64,000 bases of DNA, taken from NCBI GenBank assembly GCA_045543615.1, contig JAZPXL010000005.1:2640-66639 (forward strand), written 5' to 3'. Source of the DNA: Eubacteriales bacterium (GTDB taxonomy: Bacteria; Bacillota; Clostridia; Oscillospirales; CAG-272). Below the pieces are notes generated by a model, which saw only the letters and a program-made list of their open reading frames with translations, searched no databases and was not told the origin of the DNA. Position numbers and translations under genes: made by a program. Of the stretch, positions 36,482 to 45,054 are shown in pieces (within the stretch, counting starts at the first letter, position 1; each line of letters starts with the position of its first letter).

Positions 36482-38258
36482 CGGTCAAAAAATCCGTAAA
36501 TGGCTACCGTCTCTTGTATCTGCTTTTGTGCTGATGCTTTGCGGTATTGCTATGATTGTCTTCTACTACTTAACCAAATATCGTCCCTTATATCATCTTG
36601 CGGTTACATTTTTTATGCCGCTCGGTGTAGTATTGCCACTTCTTTTGATGCTCTTTGCAAGGAAAAAGAGCACAAAAGCTCCATCGTCTGCCGAATCAGA
36701 TGTTCTTCAAGAGACGGATGGTGGAGACGAGACAAAGAAGAAAAACGCTATTTTGCGCACTCTTCTCTCCATTGGTACAAAAATCAAAGGCATCAGCGAG
36801 GAGAAAGCAAAAACGCTACTTATAGTTGTAACAACAACCATAAGCGCAGCTCTATTCATCATCTCTCAGTTTTATCATTATCTTGCGTTTGGAACGACTA
36901 CAACGCTCTACACGATATCCTACCTTCACGTAGTGATACTTGCTTGCATTTTTGTTCTGTTTCTTGTGCTTGACAAATGGTGTCAGCATACGGAATATGA
37001 TGATTCATTTGCAGAGGCGTTTTCTTGCAATATCCGTTCAATTCTCTCGATAGGACGGCTCAGTCTCATATTCACTCTGCTTGCGATGTTTATTAAGCTT
37101 CTTGGGTTTTACGAACTTTTGAGCTATCTTGTAATAATCCTCAATGTGATTTTCTACTATTCAAGCGTAGTTCTTCTGTTTTCCTATGTTGCAAGAATTA
37201 TTCGCAAGGAGCTTGGAGAGTCCCCGGATGTTCGCATCCCCACACCTTTTGCACCCGGTGGTGGTAAGGATATGGGCATTCTCTCATATCTTGAAGCCAA
37301 TACGGGTATTACGATGCGAGGACTTTGGAGCTTTAGCCTGATCAAAAAGCTTCTGCTTCCTGCGTGCCTCACCATTTTAGCTCTCTTGTGGATCTCGACT
37401 GGTATTGTTGAGATCGGACCCGGTCAGCAGGGTGCTCTATACCGACTCGGTGTTCTTCAAGATGAAACGCTTGCACCCGGACTTCACATAAATCTCCCCT
37501 GGCCCATCGACAAAACAGAGGTATATGACACCGAAAAGGTTTCGATTATGTCGATTGGATATGTTTCCGACACACTCTCTGACAATGTCTGGACTCAGAC
37601 ACACGGAACTGAAGAATATGAGCTTCTGCTTGGTGGTGGAGAGGAACTTGTCTCACTCAACATCTGTGTTGAATACAAAATTGCAGATCTTGTCGCATAT
37701 CTCAGAAACTGCGCCAGACCCGAATCCATTCTTGAAGCGTGCTCATACGAGCTTGTAACCGACAGAACGATAGTCACCGACCTTATGACACTGCTTTCGG
37801 TTGACCGTGAGGCTTTTGCAAAGAGCTTTGAGGCTGACCTTTCGGAAAAGATTGCTGTTCACGGGACGGGAATTGAGGTTGTAAGCGTTGTTCTTGAAAG
37901 TATCCACCCGCCACTCATTATAACAGACATTTACCAACAGCTCCTGAGCGCAGAGCTTAATGCCAATACACTTATTATGGAGGCTGAGGCAAAAGCGGCT
38001 GTCAATCGCTACAATGCGCAGAGCAATTACGACACCATAGTGCTCACGGCAATTGCCGAAAAGCACAACGCCATCTCTAAGGCCGAGGCTGAGGTTGCAG
38101 AGTTTATGGCTTATGTTGCTGCAGACAACGAAAGTTCGGATGCATATCGCTATCGCAAATATCTTGATGCTGTCGCATCAGCCTACGGAAACGCAAAGCT
38201 CATCATCGTTGATGAAGACGTTGACTCCTCGAGAATATATTTCGGTAAGGTCAACTGA
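36474..38258 (+). CDS. polytopic membrane domain fused to SPFH/band-7 domain (HflK-like)
   Basis: About 7 predicted TM helices in the first ~290 aa. Then an SPFH core (GPGQQGALYRLG...LHINLPWPIDK) and an A/E-rich coiled coil. Start overlaps the upstream stop by 8 nt. Confidence 0.75.
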   Translation: MNNGQKIRKWLPSLVSAFVLMLCGIAMIVFYYLTKYRPLYHLAVTFFMPLGVVLPLLLMLFARKKSTKAPSSAESDVLQETDGGDETKKKNAILRTLLSIGTKIKGISEEKAKTLLIVVTTTISAALFIISQFYHYLAFGTTTTLYTISYLHVVILACIFVLFLVLDKWCQHTEYDDSFAEAFSCNIRSILSIGRLSLIFTLLAMFIKLLGFYELLSYLVIILNVIFYYSSVVLLFSYVARIIRKELGESPDVRIPTPFAPGGGKDMGILSYLEANTGITMRGLWSFSLIKKLLLPACLTILALLWISTGIVEIGPGQQGALYRLGVLQDETLAPGLHINLPWPIDKTEVYDTEKVSIMSIGYVSDTLSDNVWTQTHGTEEYELLLGGGEELVSLNICVEYKIADLVAYLRNCARPESILEACSYELVTDRTIVTDLMTLLSVDREAFAKSFEADLSEKIAVHGTGIEVVSVVLESIHPPLIITDIYQQLLSAELNANTLIMEAEAKAAVNRYNAQSNYDTIVLTAIAEKHNAISKAEAEVAEFMAYVAADNESSDAYRYRKYLDAVASAYGNAKLIIVDEDVDSSRIYFGKVN

Positions 38259-38275
38259 CAAGGAGGAAATCCAGA

Positions 38276-39385
38276 ATGAAAAAGAAAAATCCTAATGTTC
38301 AAACTGAAAACTCTGCAACAGATGCAGCAGTTATAAATACATCCCCTCGCGAGAAATCAAGTGCGACGGTTCGTGTTGTAAAAATTATCATCGCCCTTGT
38401 TCTCCTCGTAGCTATTCTCTACTTCGGCTTCACATTTGAGGTTCGTGAGGGCAATTGTGTAGTTGTGCTTCGCTTTGGTGCGCCCAGAGCAGAGATTACT
38501 GAGGCAGGTCTTTATTTCAAGCTTCCCTGGCCGTTTGAAACTGTTGTTCAGTATGAAAACAGACTTCAGTATTTCGAGATGAGCTACCTCGAAACCTTGA
38601 CTAAGGACAGCCGTAACATTATCTTCCAATCCTATGTTGTATGGAAGGTTGAAGATCCGCTTCTCTTCCACAACAGCGTCGGTGCAAACGGAACCGTTGC
38701 TAATTACATTGACACACAGGTTAGAAATGCTACAAACAGCATTATGGGTATGTATAACCTGACAGAGCTTGTTTCTCTCGACACCGAAACCATCAAGACC
38801 GACGAAATCCAGGCAAAGATTTTTGAGGCTGTCAAGGAAAACTGTGAGAAGAACTACGGTATTTCCGTAGTTGATGTCAGCATTCTCCGTCTCAGCCTGC
38901 CCGACACTCCTCTCCAGAGCGTGTTTGAGCAGATGCGCCAGGACAGACAGACCGATATCGACACAATTATTGCTGCTGCCAAGACAGAGGCGAACAAGAT
39001 AACCTCCGAGGCTGAGGCTGATGCCGCAGAGATTATTGCAGGTGGTATCAATGAGGCTGCCGCTATCAAGGCGCAGACCGAAAAAGAGGTTGCCGCAATC
39101 TACGCTGAGGCGCAGGCTGCAAATCTCGAGCTCTACACCTTCCTTAAGGAGCTTGACACTCTTATGAGCTCGGTTGACAGTGGTACTGTACTTATAGTCG
39201 GCACAGACTCCTACCCCTTCAACATTCTCAAGGATTACTCCGATATGCTTGAGGGTGAAGGAGATCAGACAATTATCAAGGATCTTTCCTACATTTTGAC
39301 ACAGCTCCCAGAAAATGACCGTCAGGCTCTCGTTGACGGTATCTACTCCCTCATTTCCGAGGCTACAAAGGGTAACGCACAATGA
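38276..39385 (+). CDS. SPFH/band-7 protein (HflC-like)
   Basis: Single N-terminal TM; VREGNCVVVLRFG...LYFKLPWPFE SPFH core; A/E-rich coiled coil. AAGGAGG SD. Confidence 0.75.
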   Translation: MKKKNPNVQTENSATDAAVINTSPREKSSATVRVVKIIIALVLLVAILYFGFTFEVREGNCVVVLRFGAPRAEITEAGLYFKLPWPFETVVQYENRLQYFEMSYLETLTKDSRNIIFQSYVVWKVEDPLLFHNSVGANGTVANYIDTQVRNATNSIMGMYNLTELVSLDTETIKTDEIQAKIFEAVKENCEKNYGISVVDVSILRLSLPDTPLQSVFEQMRQDRQTDIDTIIAAAKTEANKITSEAEADAAEIIAGGINEAAAIKAQTEKEVAAIYAEAQAANLELYTFLKELDTLMSSVDSGTVLIVGTDSYPFNILKDYSDMLEGEGDQTIIKDLSYILTQLPENDRQALVDGIYSLISEATKGNAQ

Positions 39386-40329
39386 AAACTGCAAAGAAAA
39401 ACACTCTCTTTGAGGACATTCTGCGTACTGTATCAAAATATTTTATAGTAATTATCATCGCAGTAATAATCCTCATCTGTTGCTCCGGCATTCGCTTTAT
39501 CAAGAGTGGAGAATCTGCAATAATTCTCCGTTTTGGCAAGCTTGTCGGACAGACGCGGGAAGAACAGGTTCACGATGCAGGCCTGCTTCTTGCATTTCCC
39601 TATATAATTGATGAGGTCATCACCGTTCCGACAGGCTCAATTATGGAGCTTTCCGTTACCACTCACAACACTGAGGGTGGTATGACGACCTATGACAAAA
39701 ACGGTTATGTCATCACGGGTGACAACAATATCGCCCTTATCACAGCATCAGTAAAATACACCGTCAGCGATCCTGTAAATTATGCGCTGTCGGTCAAAGA
39801 TCCCACCGCTCTCATCAACGCATCGGTCAGCAATGCTATGATCAATATTGCCGCCGCATCAAGCGTTGACTCAATCCTTACCACAGGCAAGGAGGACTTC
39901 ACCGAAGAGGTTCTGAGTATGTCACAAGCAAAGCTTGACGCTGCAGAGGCAGGTGTTAAGCTTACCTCCATTGAGCTTACAAAGGTTGCTATGCCTGAGG
40001 AGGTTCGTGAGGTTTATGAGGCCGTAACTTCAGCAAATGTTCAGGCAAGCACGCTTATTGAGCAAGCTCGTCAATATCGTGAAACAAGAATCCCTGCGGC
40101 GCAGAGCGAGGCAAGACTTCACATTACAGAAGCGCAGACCTATTATTCAAACTCAATTTCGGGTGCTAATTCCGATCTCGCAGAGTTCTACGGCGTTATT
40201 GATGAATACGGCACAAATCCCGACGTTGTCAGAATAAGGCTTTACAATTCTGCTATGTCGAATATTCTTCGCAAGATCGGCACTATCAGAGTTGTCGATG
40301 ACTCCGATTCCAAGATCGTCATAAACTAA
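39382..40329 (+). CDS. SPFH/band-7 protein (HflK-like)
   Basis: Single N-terminal TM; IKSGESAIILRFGK...LLAFPYIIDE SPFH core. ATGA overlap with the upstream stop. Confidence 0.75.
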   Translation: MKTAKKNTLFEDILRTVSKYFIVIIIAVIILICCSGIRFIKSGESAIILRFGKLVGQTREEQVHDAGLLLAFPYIIDEVITVPTGSIMELSVTTHNTEGGMTTYDKNGYVITGDNNIALITASVKYTVSDPVNYALSVKDPTALINASVSNAMINIAAASSVDSILTTGKEDFTEEVLSMSQAKLDAAEAGVKLTSIELTKVAMPEEVREVYEAVTSANVQASTLIEQARQYRETRIPAAQSEARLHITEAQTYYSNSISGANSDLAEFYGVIDEYGTNPDVVRIRLYNSAMSNILRKIGTIRVVDDSDSKIVIN

Positions 40330-40341
40330 TCGGAGGGCAGG

Positions 40342-42243
40342 ATGGAAAATATTGATAATATGGCCAAAAAGAGCCTTGAGGCTCAGGCACGTGATAATCT
40401 TAATGCCAAAAGCAAAAAGCGTCTTACTTTGAGTATTGTAAGTGGCGTGGCGGCTCTCAGCTGTCTTGCTGTTGGTATCATCTATTCCCTAATCTTCCCC
40501 GACAAAACCACTCTCCCGGCTCTTTTCTACACGATAGGTTTCCTTATTGAAGGTATTCCCGTTCTCGTTTCTGCAATAAAGGGTGTATGCTCAAGAAATC
40601 TTACCAATGCTATGGAGATCCTGGTTGCTATTGCCATAATTGCCTGCTATCTTTCGGGCGATCTTATTATGGCTGTGCTGATCCCTCTAATCCTCAACAT
40701 TGCCCATCTTCTTGAGGAGCGCAGTGTTATGGGGGGACGTGAGGCTATCGACGGCTTGCGCCGTATGCAGCAGGATACAGCGATTCTGCTTGATGGTGAG
40801 ACTGAAACTACCGTTTCTGCCTCCTCACTTGTAGTTGGACAGAGGATAGTTGTTAAGCCAGGCAGCGGTATTCCTATCGACGGCGTAGTAATTTCAGGCG
40901 AAACGAATGTTGACCAGAAATCCCTCACAGGCGAGCCCCTCCCGGCTCACATAAAAGTTGGGGATAAGGTTTATGCCGGTACTGTAAATATTGACGGTCG
41001 CATAATCGTTGAGGTCGAAAAGGCTTATGTTGACACATCGTTCTCAAATATTCTCTCTATGCTTGAGAACGCCGAAAACATTTCTATTCCCGAGTCAAGA
41101 CTTATTGACAGATTTATGGGATATTACATTCCCTTTGTCCTTGCGATAGCAGCAGCAGTTGCGCTAATCAATTCGGATATTTCAAAGGCTATTGCGATCC
41201 TCGTCGTTTCCTGCCCCTGTGGTCAGATGCTTGTAAGCTCTGCGCCTATGATCGCTTCTCTTTCAGCTGCTACCAAGCGAGGAATACTTATCAAAAACTC
41301 GAAGTTTATTGAAGAACTGACGGAGGTTGACACCGTTGCGTTCGACAAAACAGGAACTCTTACAGTTGGTGAACTGTCACTTACCGATACACTCGCTGTC
41401 GACGGCGAGGACGCAGAGGTTCTTCTCCGAACTGCTGCGGCCGTTGCTTGCGCATCAAATCACCCGATTTCAAGAGCTGTAACAGAGGCTGTTGCAGGAA
41501 AGAACTATCCCGTACTTGACAATGTCAAGGAAATTCCCGGACACGGTATGACAGGAACTGACGCTGACGGCAAGACAGTTTTGCTCGGCAACAAAGCTTG
41601 GCTTGAATCCCTCGGCATTACTATTACTGCTGGCTTCGGTGATGAGCTTGTTGGCTCTGTATCCTTTGTTGCTTATGACGGTCATCTTATCGGATGCCTT
41701 GGATTTAATGATACTGCTCGCCCTGAGGCAGCATCTGCGATCACATCTCTTCGCACACTTGGGATTGAAAACACAGTTATTCTGACCGGTGACCGTGAGG
41801 TTGCTGCACGCAGAATTTGCGAGGAGGTTGGTGCTGACGATGTTCGCTTCCAGCTTCTTCCTCAGGACAAGCTGAGTGCTCTCAACGCTCTGCGAACCGA
41901 GCATTGTGTGCTTGCTGTTGGCGACGGCATCAATGACGCGCCTGCGCTCAGGCAGGCTGATGTCGGAATTGCTATGGGTGCTATGGGCTCGGATCTTGCG
42001 ATTGAATCTGCCGATATTGCTCTGATGAACAACAATCTCCACAACATTCCATTCATTATCAGACTCTCCAAACGCACAAGGCGGATTATTTACCAGAATC
42101 TCATTCTCTCTTGTGTTATCAGCCTGCTTATGATTGCTCTTTCTGCATTTGGCGTTATTTCTGCGCTTGCAGGTGCGATATTCCACAATCTCGGCGCATT
42201 TGTTGTTCTTCTCAACAGCTCAAGACTTCTCAGAACAAAATGA
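40342..42243 (+). CDS. P1B-type heavy-metal-translocating ATPase lacking an N-terminal metal-binding domain
   Basis: TGE (SLTGEP), CPC in TM6 (SCPCGQ), DKTGTLT, HP (SNHPIS), GDGINDAPAL. 8 TM helices, with only about 27 aa before TM1. Confidence 0.9.
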   Translation: MENIDNMAKKSLEAQARDNLNAKSKKRLTLSIVSGVAALSCLAVGIIYSLIFPDKTTLPALFYTIGFLIEGIPVLVSAIKGVCSRNLTNAMEILVAIAIIACYLSGDLIMAVLIPLILNIAHLLEERSVMGGREAIDGLRRMQQDTAILLDGETETTVSASSLVVGQRIVVKPGSGIPIDGVVISGETNVDQKSLTGEPLPAHIKVGDKVYAGTVNIDGRIIVEVEKAYVDTSFSNILSMLENAENISIPESRLIDRFMGYYIPFVLAIAAAVALINSDISKAIAILVVSCPCGQMLVSSAPMIASLSAATKRGILIKNSKFIEELTEVDTVAFDKTGTLTVGELSLTDTLAVDGEDAEVLLRTAAAVACASNHPISRAVTEAVAGKNYPVLDNVKEIPGHGMTGTDADGKTVLLGNKAWLESLGITITAGFGDELVGSVSFVAYDGHLIGCLGFNDTARPEAASAITSLRTLGIENTVILTGDREVAARRICEEVGADDVRFQLLPQDKLSALNALRTEHCVLAVGDGINDAPALRQADVGIAMGAMGSDLAIESADIALMNNNLHNIPFIIRLSKRTRRIIYQNLILSCVISLLMIALSAFGVISALAGAIFHNLGAFVVLLNSSRLLRTK

Positions 42244-43034
42244 AAAGAACCATAATTCTACCGGAGCAGATAGGCACTCTTAGTATTCCGGATCGTTTCG
42301 CTCCACTACTGTCAGGGGCTTATGTTTATGACAGCTCTTCTTCCCCCGAAGCACGTGTTTATTATATTGACCGTGATGGTGGCTTATTTCTTAAATCGTC
42401 CACAAAAGGCAGCTTGGAGAGAGAAAGCCTGATGACCTCCTATTTCGCTTCAATAGGACTCTCGGTTCGGGTTCTTGATTATTTTTCAGATGAGCGTGAC
42501 TGGCTTCTTACCGAAAGTGCTGTGGGTGAGGATGCCACGCATCCATCGCTTATTGATGATCCCAAAAGGCTATGCAGATGCCTTGCCGCCGCTATGCTTG
42601 ATCTTCACAGCCGTGATTATTCAACTTGCCCTGCTCAAAACAGGCTTACTGAATATATCCAAACAGCTCACTATAATTACAAGCATCACCTATATAGTGA
42701 CGAGCATTTCCCTGACAATTTCGGTTACAGAACGGCAAATGAAGCTTGGACGAGGATATGTGAGCACAAGGACGAGCTTGTAGCCGACACCTTGATACAC
42801 GGGGACTTTTGTCTACCCAATATTTTATTCAAGGACTGGCAATTCTCTTCCTTTATTGATCTTGGAAACAGTGGTGTAGCTGACAGGCACATCGACATTT
42901 TCTGGTGTCTGTGGACACTTTGGTTCAATCTTCACACAAACGAATACTACGACTACCTCATCGACGCATACGGCAGGCATCTCGTTGACCACGAAAAGCT
43001 CAGAACCGTTGCAGCATTTGAAGTTTTTGGTTAA
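42240..43034 (+). CDS. aminoglycoside phosphotransferase (APH(3')-like) family kinase
   Basis: HGDFCLPNILF (Brenner motif) and FIDLGNSGVADRHIDIF align by eye with APH(3') enzymes. ATG 42240 overlaps the ATPase stop (ATGA). Confidence 0.75.
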   Translation: MKRTIILPEQIGTLSIPDRFAPLLSGAYVYDSSSSPEARVYYIDRDGGLFLKSSTKGSLERESLMTSYFASIGLSVRVLDYFSDERDWLLTESAVGEDATHPSLIDDPKRLCRCLAAAMLDLHSRDYSTCPAQNRLTEYIQTAHYNYKHHLYSDEHFPDNFGYRTANEAWTRICEHKDELVADTLIHGDFCLPNILFKDWQFSSFIDLGNSGVADRHIDIFWCLWTLWFNLHTNEYYDYLIDAYGRHLVDHEKLRTVAAFEVFG

Positions 43035-43036
43035 TC

Positions 43037-43074
43037 AAAAAAGCCGACCTACTAACTATGGTAGGTCGGCTTTG
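43037..43074 (+). terminator. intrinsic terminator ending the seven-gene operon
   Basis: AAGCCGACCTAC taactatg GTAGGTCGGCTT, 12-bp perfect stem. Confidence 0.7.
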
Positions 43075-43135
43075 TCATTTCGACAAGCTTCGGCATACAA
43101 TTATAATAGACGACGGGAAGAATGGAGGCGAAAAA

Positions 43136-43360
43136 ATGAGATATATTGCCGTTTTCGGCACACAAACTCTAACGCAGAGGGCAAACAGAGCTTTGCGTCA
43201 ATCGAGTATACCAAGCGAGATCGTGAAAATCGACACCTCTTTGAGCAGAAGCGGCTGTAGCTGGGGTGTGGCTTTTGATGAGGGACGCTTGTATGAGGTT
43301 AAAATGGTTCTTTCATCAGCAGGGGTAAGTGAGAAAGAAATTATCAGGGAGGTCAAATGA
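43136..43360 (+). CDS. DUF3343 (putative Se/S carrier-like) small protein
   Basis: 74 aa; MRYIAVFGTQTLTQRANRAL...GCSWGVAF pattern typical of DUF3343 (from memory). GGAGG SD. ATGA overlap with the next gene. Confidence 0.6.
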   Translation: MRYIAVFGTQTLTQRANRALRQSSIPSEIVKIDTSLSRSGCSWGVAFDEGRLYEVKMVLSSAGVSEKEIIREVK

Positions 43361-44496
43361 TGGTCTACCTAGACAACGCCGCAACAAGCTTTCCAAAGCC
43401 GCCGTCCGTAATAAGTGAAGTTGAACGTTGTATGCGTGAATATTGTGGCAACCCCGGCAGAGGTGCGCACGCGCTTGCTCTTGCATCTGCTGAAATGATT
43501 TACAACTGCCGTGAGGGACTGTGCGAGCTGTTTTCTGCACCCTCCCCCGAGCGAGTTGTCTTTACGCAAAACACAACTATGGCACTTGGGATAGCCATAG
43601 CAGAGCTTGGACGCATCGGTGGTCACGTCATCGCATCAAACCTTGAGCACAATTCTGTCAGGCGACCTCTCCTGTCTCTCGAAAGTGAGGGCAAAATTTC
43701 GCTCTCTGTTTTTGATGCCACAGCCCCAACCACTTCGGCCATATGCGAGGAAATTTCATCACTTGTGCGAAATGAGACTATTGCCGTTGTCTGCACTGCT
43801 GCATCAAATGTTTGTAGCATCGCTCTTCCGCTTTTGGAAATCGGACGGTTGTGCCATAGAAATAATCTGCTGTTCATTGTAGACGGTGCGCAGGCAGCAG
43901 GTCACTTGGATATCAGCATAAAAGACTATTTGATAGATGCACTTTGCGTTCCGGGGCACAAGGGCCTTTGGGGGCCTCAGGGCAGTGGAGCTTTAATTCT
44001 GGGCAACTCTTTTTCTCCATCTCCAATTATCCTCGGTGGTTCCGGAAGTGCCTCTCTAAGCCCTAAAATGCCCTTAGAGCTGCCTGAACGTCTTGAGGCC
44101 GGTACACTTTCGACTCCGGCGATTGCAGGCCTTGCGAGAGGTATTGAAGCCCTAAGAGCTGTTAAAATAAAAAGCATTCGTGCTCACGAGCAAAGCCTAT
44201 ACTTAAAAGCAAGGCGTCTTCTCTCCACCCTTAACGAATGCAAGCTCTACGCACCAAACTATATCGGCTCTGTACTTTCATTTAATATTAAAGGTATTTC
44301 ATCTGAACGCGTTGCACAAATGCTCTCCGAGCGTGATATTTGCGTGCGTGGTGGCTTCCATTGTGCTCCGTGGGCACACAAGGCACTTGCAACCGGAGAC
44401 TTGGGTTGTGTGCGTGCTTCCTTCTCCTATTTCAACACGAAAGAGGATATTGATGCGCTGTTTGAGTCTGTTTGCGATATAATTAACAAAAAATAA
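43357..44496 (+). CDS. class V aminotransferase / cysteine desulfurase family protein
   Basis: YLDNAATSFPKP N-terminus; PLP lysine context PGHKGLWGPQG; about 380 aa. Confidence 0.85.
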   Translation: MMVYLDNAATSFPKPPSVISEVERCMREYCGNPGRGAHALALASAEMIYNCREGLCELFSAPSPERVVFTQNTTMALGIAIAELGRIGGHVIASNLEHNSVRRPLLSLESEGKISLSVFDATAPTTSAICEEISSLVRNETIAVVCTAASNVCSIALPLLEIGRLCHRNNLLFIVDGAQAAGHLDISIKDYLIDALCVPGHKGLWGPQGSGALILGNSFSPSPIILGGSGSASLSPKMPLELPERLEAGTLSTPAIAGLARGIEALRAVKIKSIRAHEQSLYLKARRLLSTLNECKLYAPNYIGSVLSFNIKGISSERVAQMLSERDICVRGGFHCAPWAHKALATGDLGCVRASFSYFNTKEDIDALFESVCDIINKK

Positions 44497-44525
44497 ATGG
44501 GTGTTGTGCGATGCACAACACCCAT
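44497..44525. terminator. bidirectional terminator between desulfurase gene and rplQ
   Basis: ATGGGTGTTGTGC ga TGCACAACACCCAT. Confidence 0.75.
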
Positions 44526-44538
44526 AAATTGTTTTAAA

Positions 44539-44994
44539 TTACTCTGCGTCAGCAGGTGTCTCCTCTGCAGCGGGAGCTGCGGGAGCCTTCTTGCTCTTCT
44601 TCTTGGACTTCTTAGCTGCTGCTGCGGCTGCTGCTTCCTCTTCTGCCTTTGTAACAGTCAGAGTGATAAGAGCCATTTCAGCTGCGTCACCGCGGCGCGG
44701 ACCGAGCTTATAAATTGTTGTGTAACCACCGTTTACGCCCTCATATCTGGGTGCGATCTCGGTGAAAAGCTTGGTTACGACATCCTCGGATGTAATGAAA
44801 GCCAAAGCTGCACGACGGCTTGCAAGTGTGTTGGTCTTACCGAGTGTGATCATCTTCTCAGCAAGTGCACGAACTTCCTTTGCGCGTGTGAGAGTTGTCT
44901 CGACCTTACCATTCTCAAGCAGGTAAGTTACAAGGCCACGAAGCATAGCATTTCTGTGAGCTGTAGGTCTGCCGAGTTTTCTTGTTCCGGGCAT
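44539..44994 (-). CDS. rplQ: 50S ribosomal protein L17 with A/K-rich C-terminal tail
   Basis: [21 protein letters not shown]; last gene of the alpha operon. About 39 extra C-terminal residues. Confidence 0.95.
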   Translation of the reverse strand: MPGTRKLGRPTAHRNAMLRGLVTYLLENGKVETTLTRAKEVRALAEKMITLGKTNTLASRRAALAFITSEDVVTKLFTEIAPRYEGVNGGYTTIYKLGPRRGDAAEMALITLTVTKAEEEAAAAAAAKKSKKKSKKAPAAPAAEETPADAE

Positions 44995-45054
44995 CTTAGT
45001 GCTCCTCCTTAATGAATCATAAATGTGACGTGGTAGAAATCATTCACTTAATGC

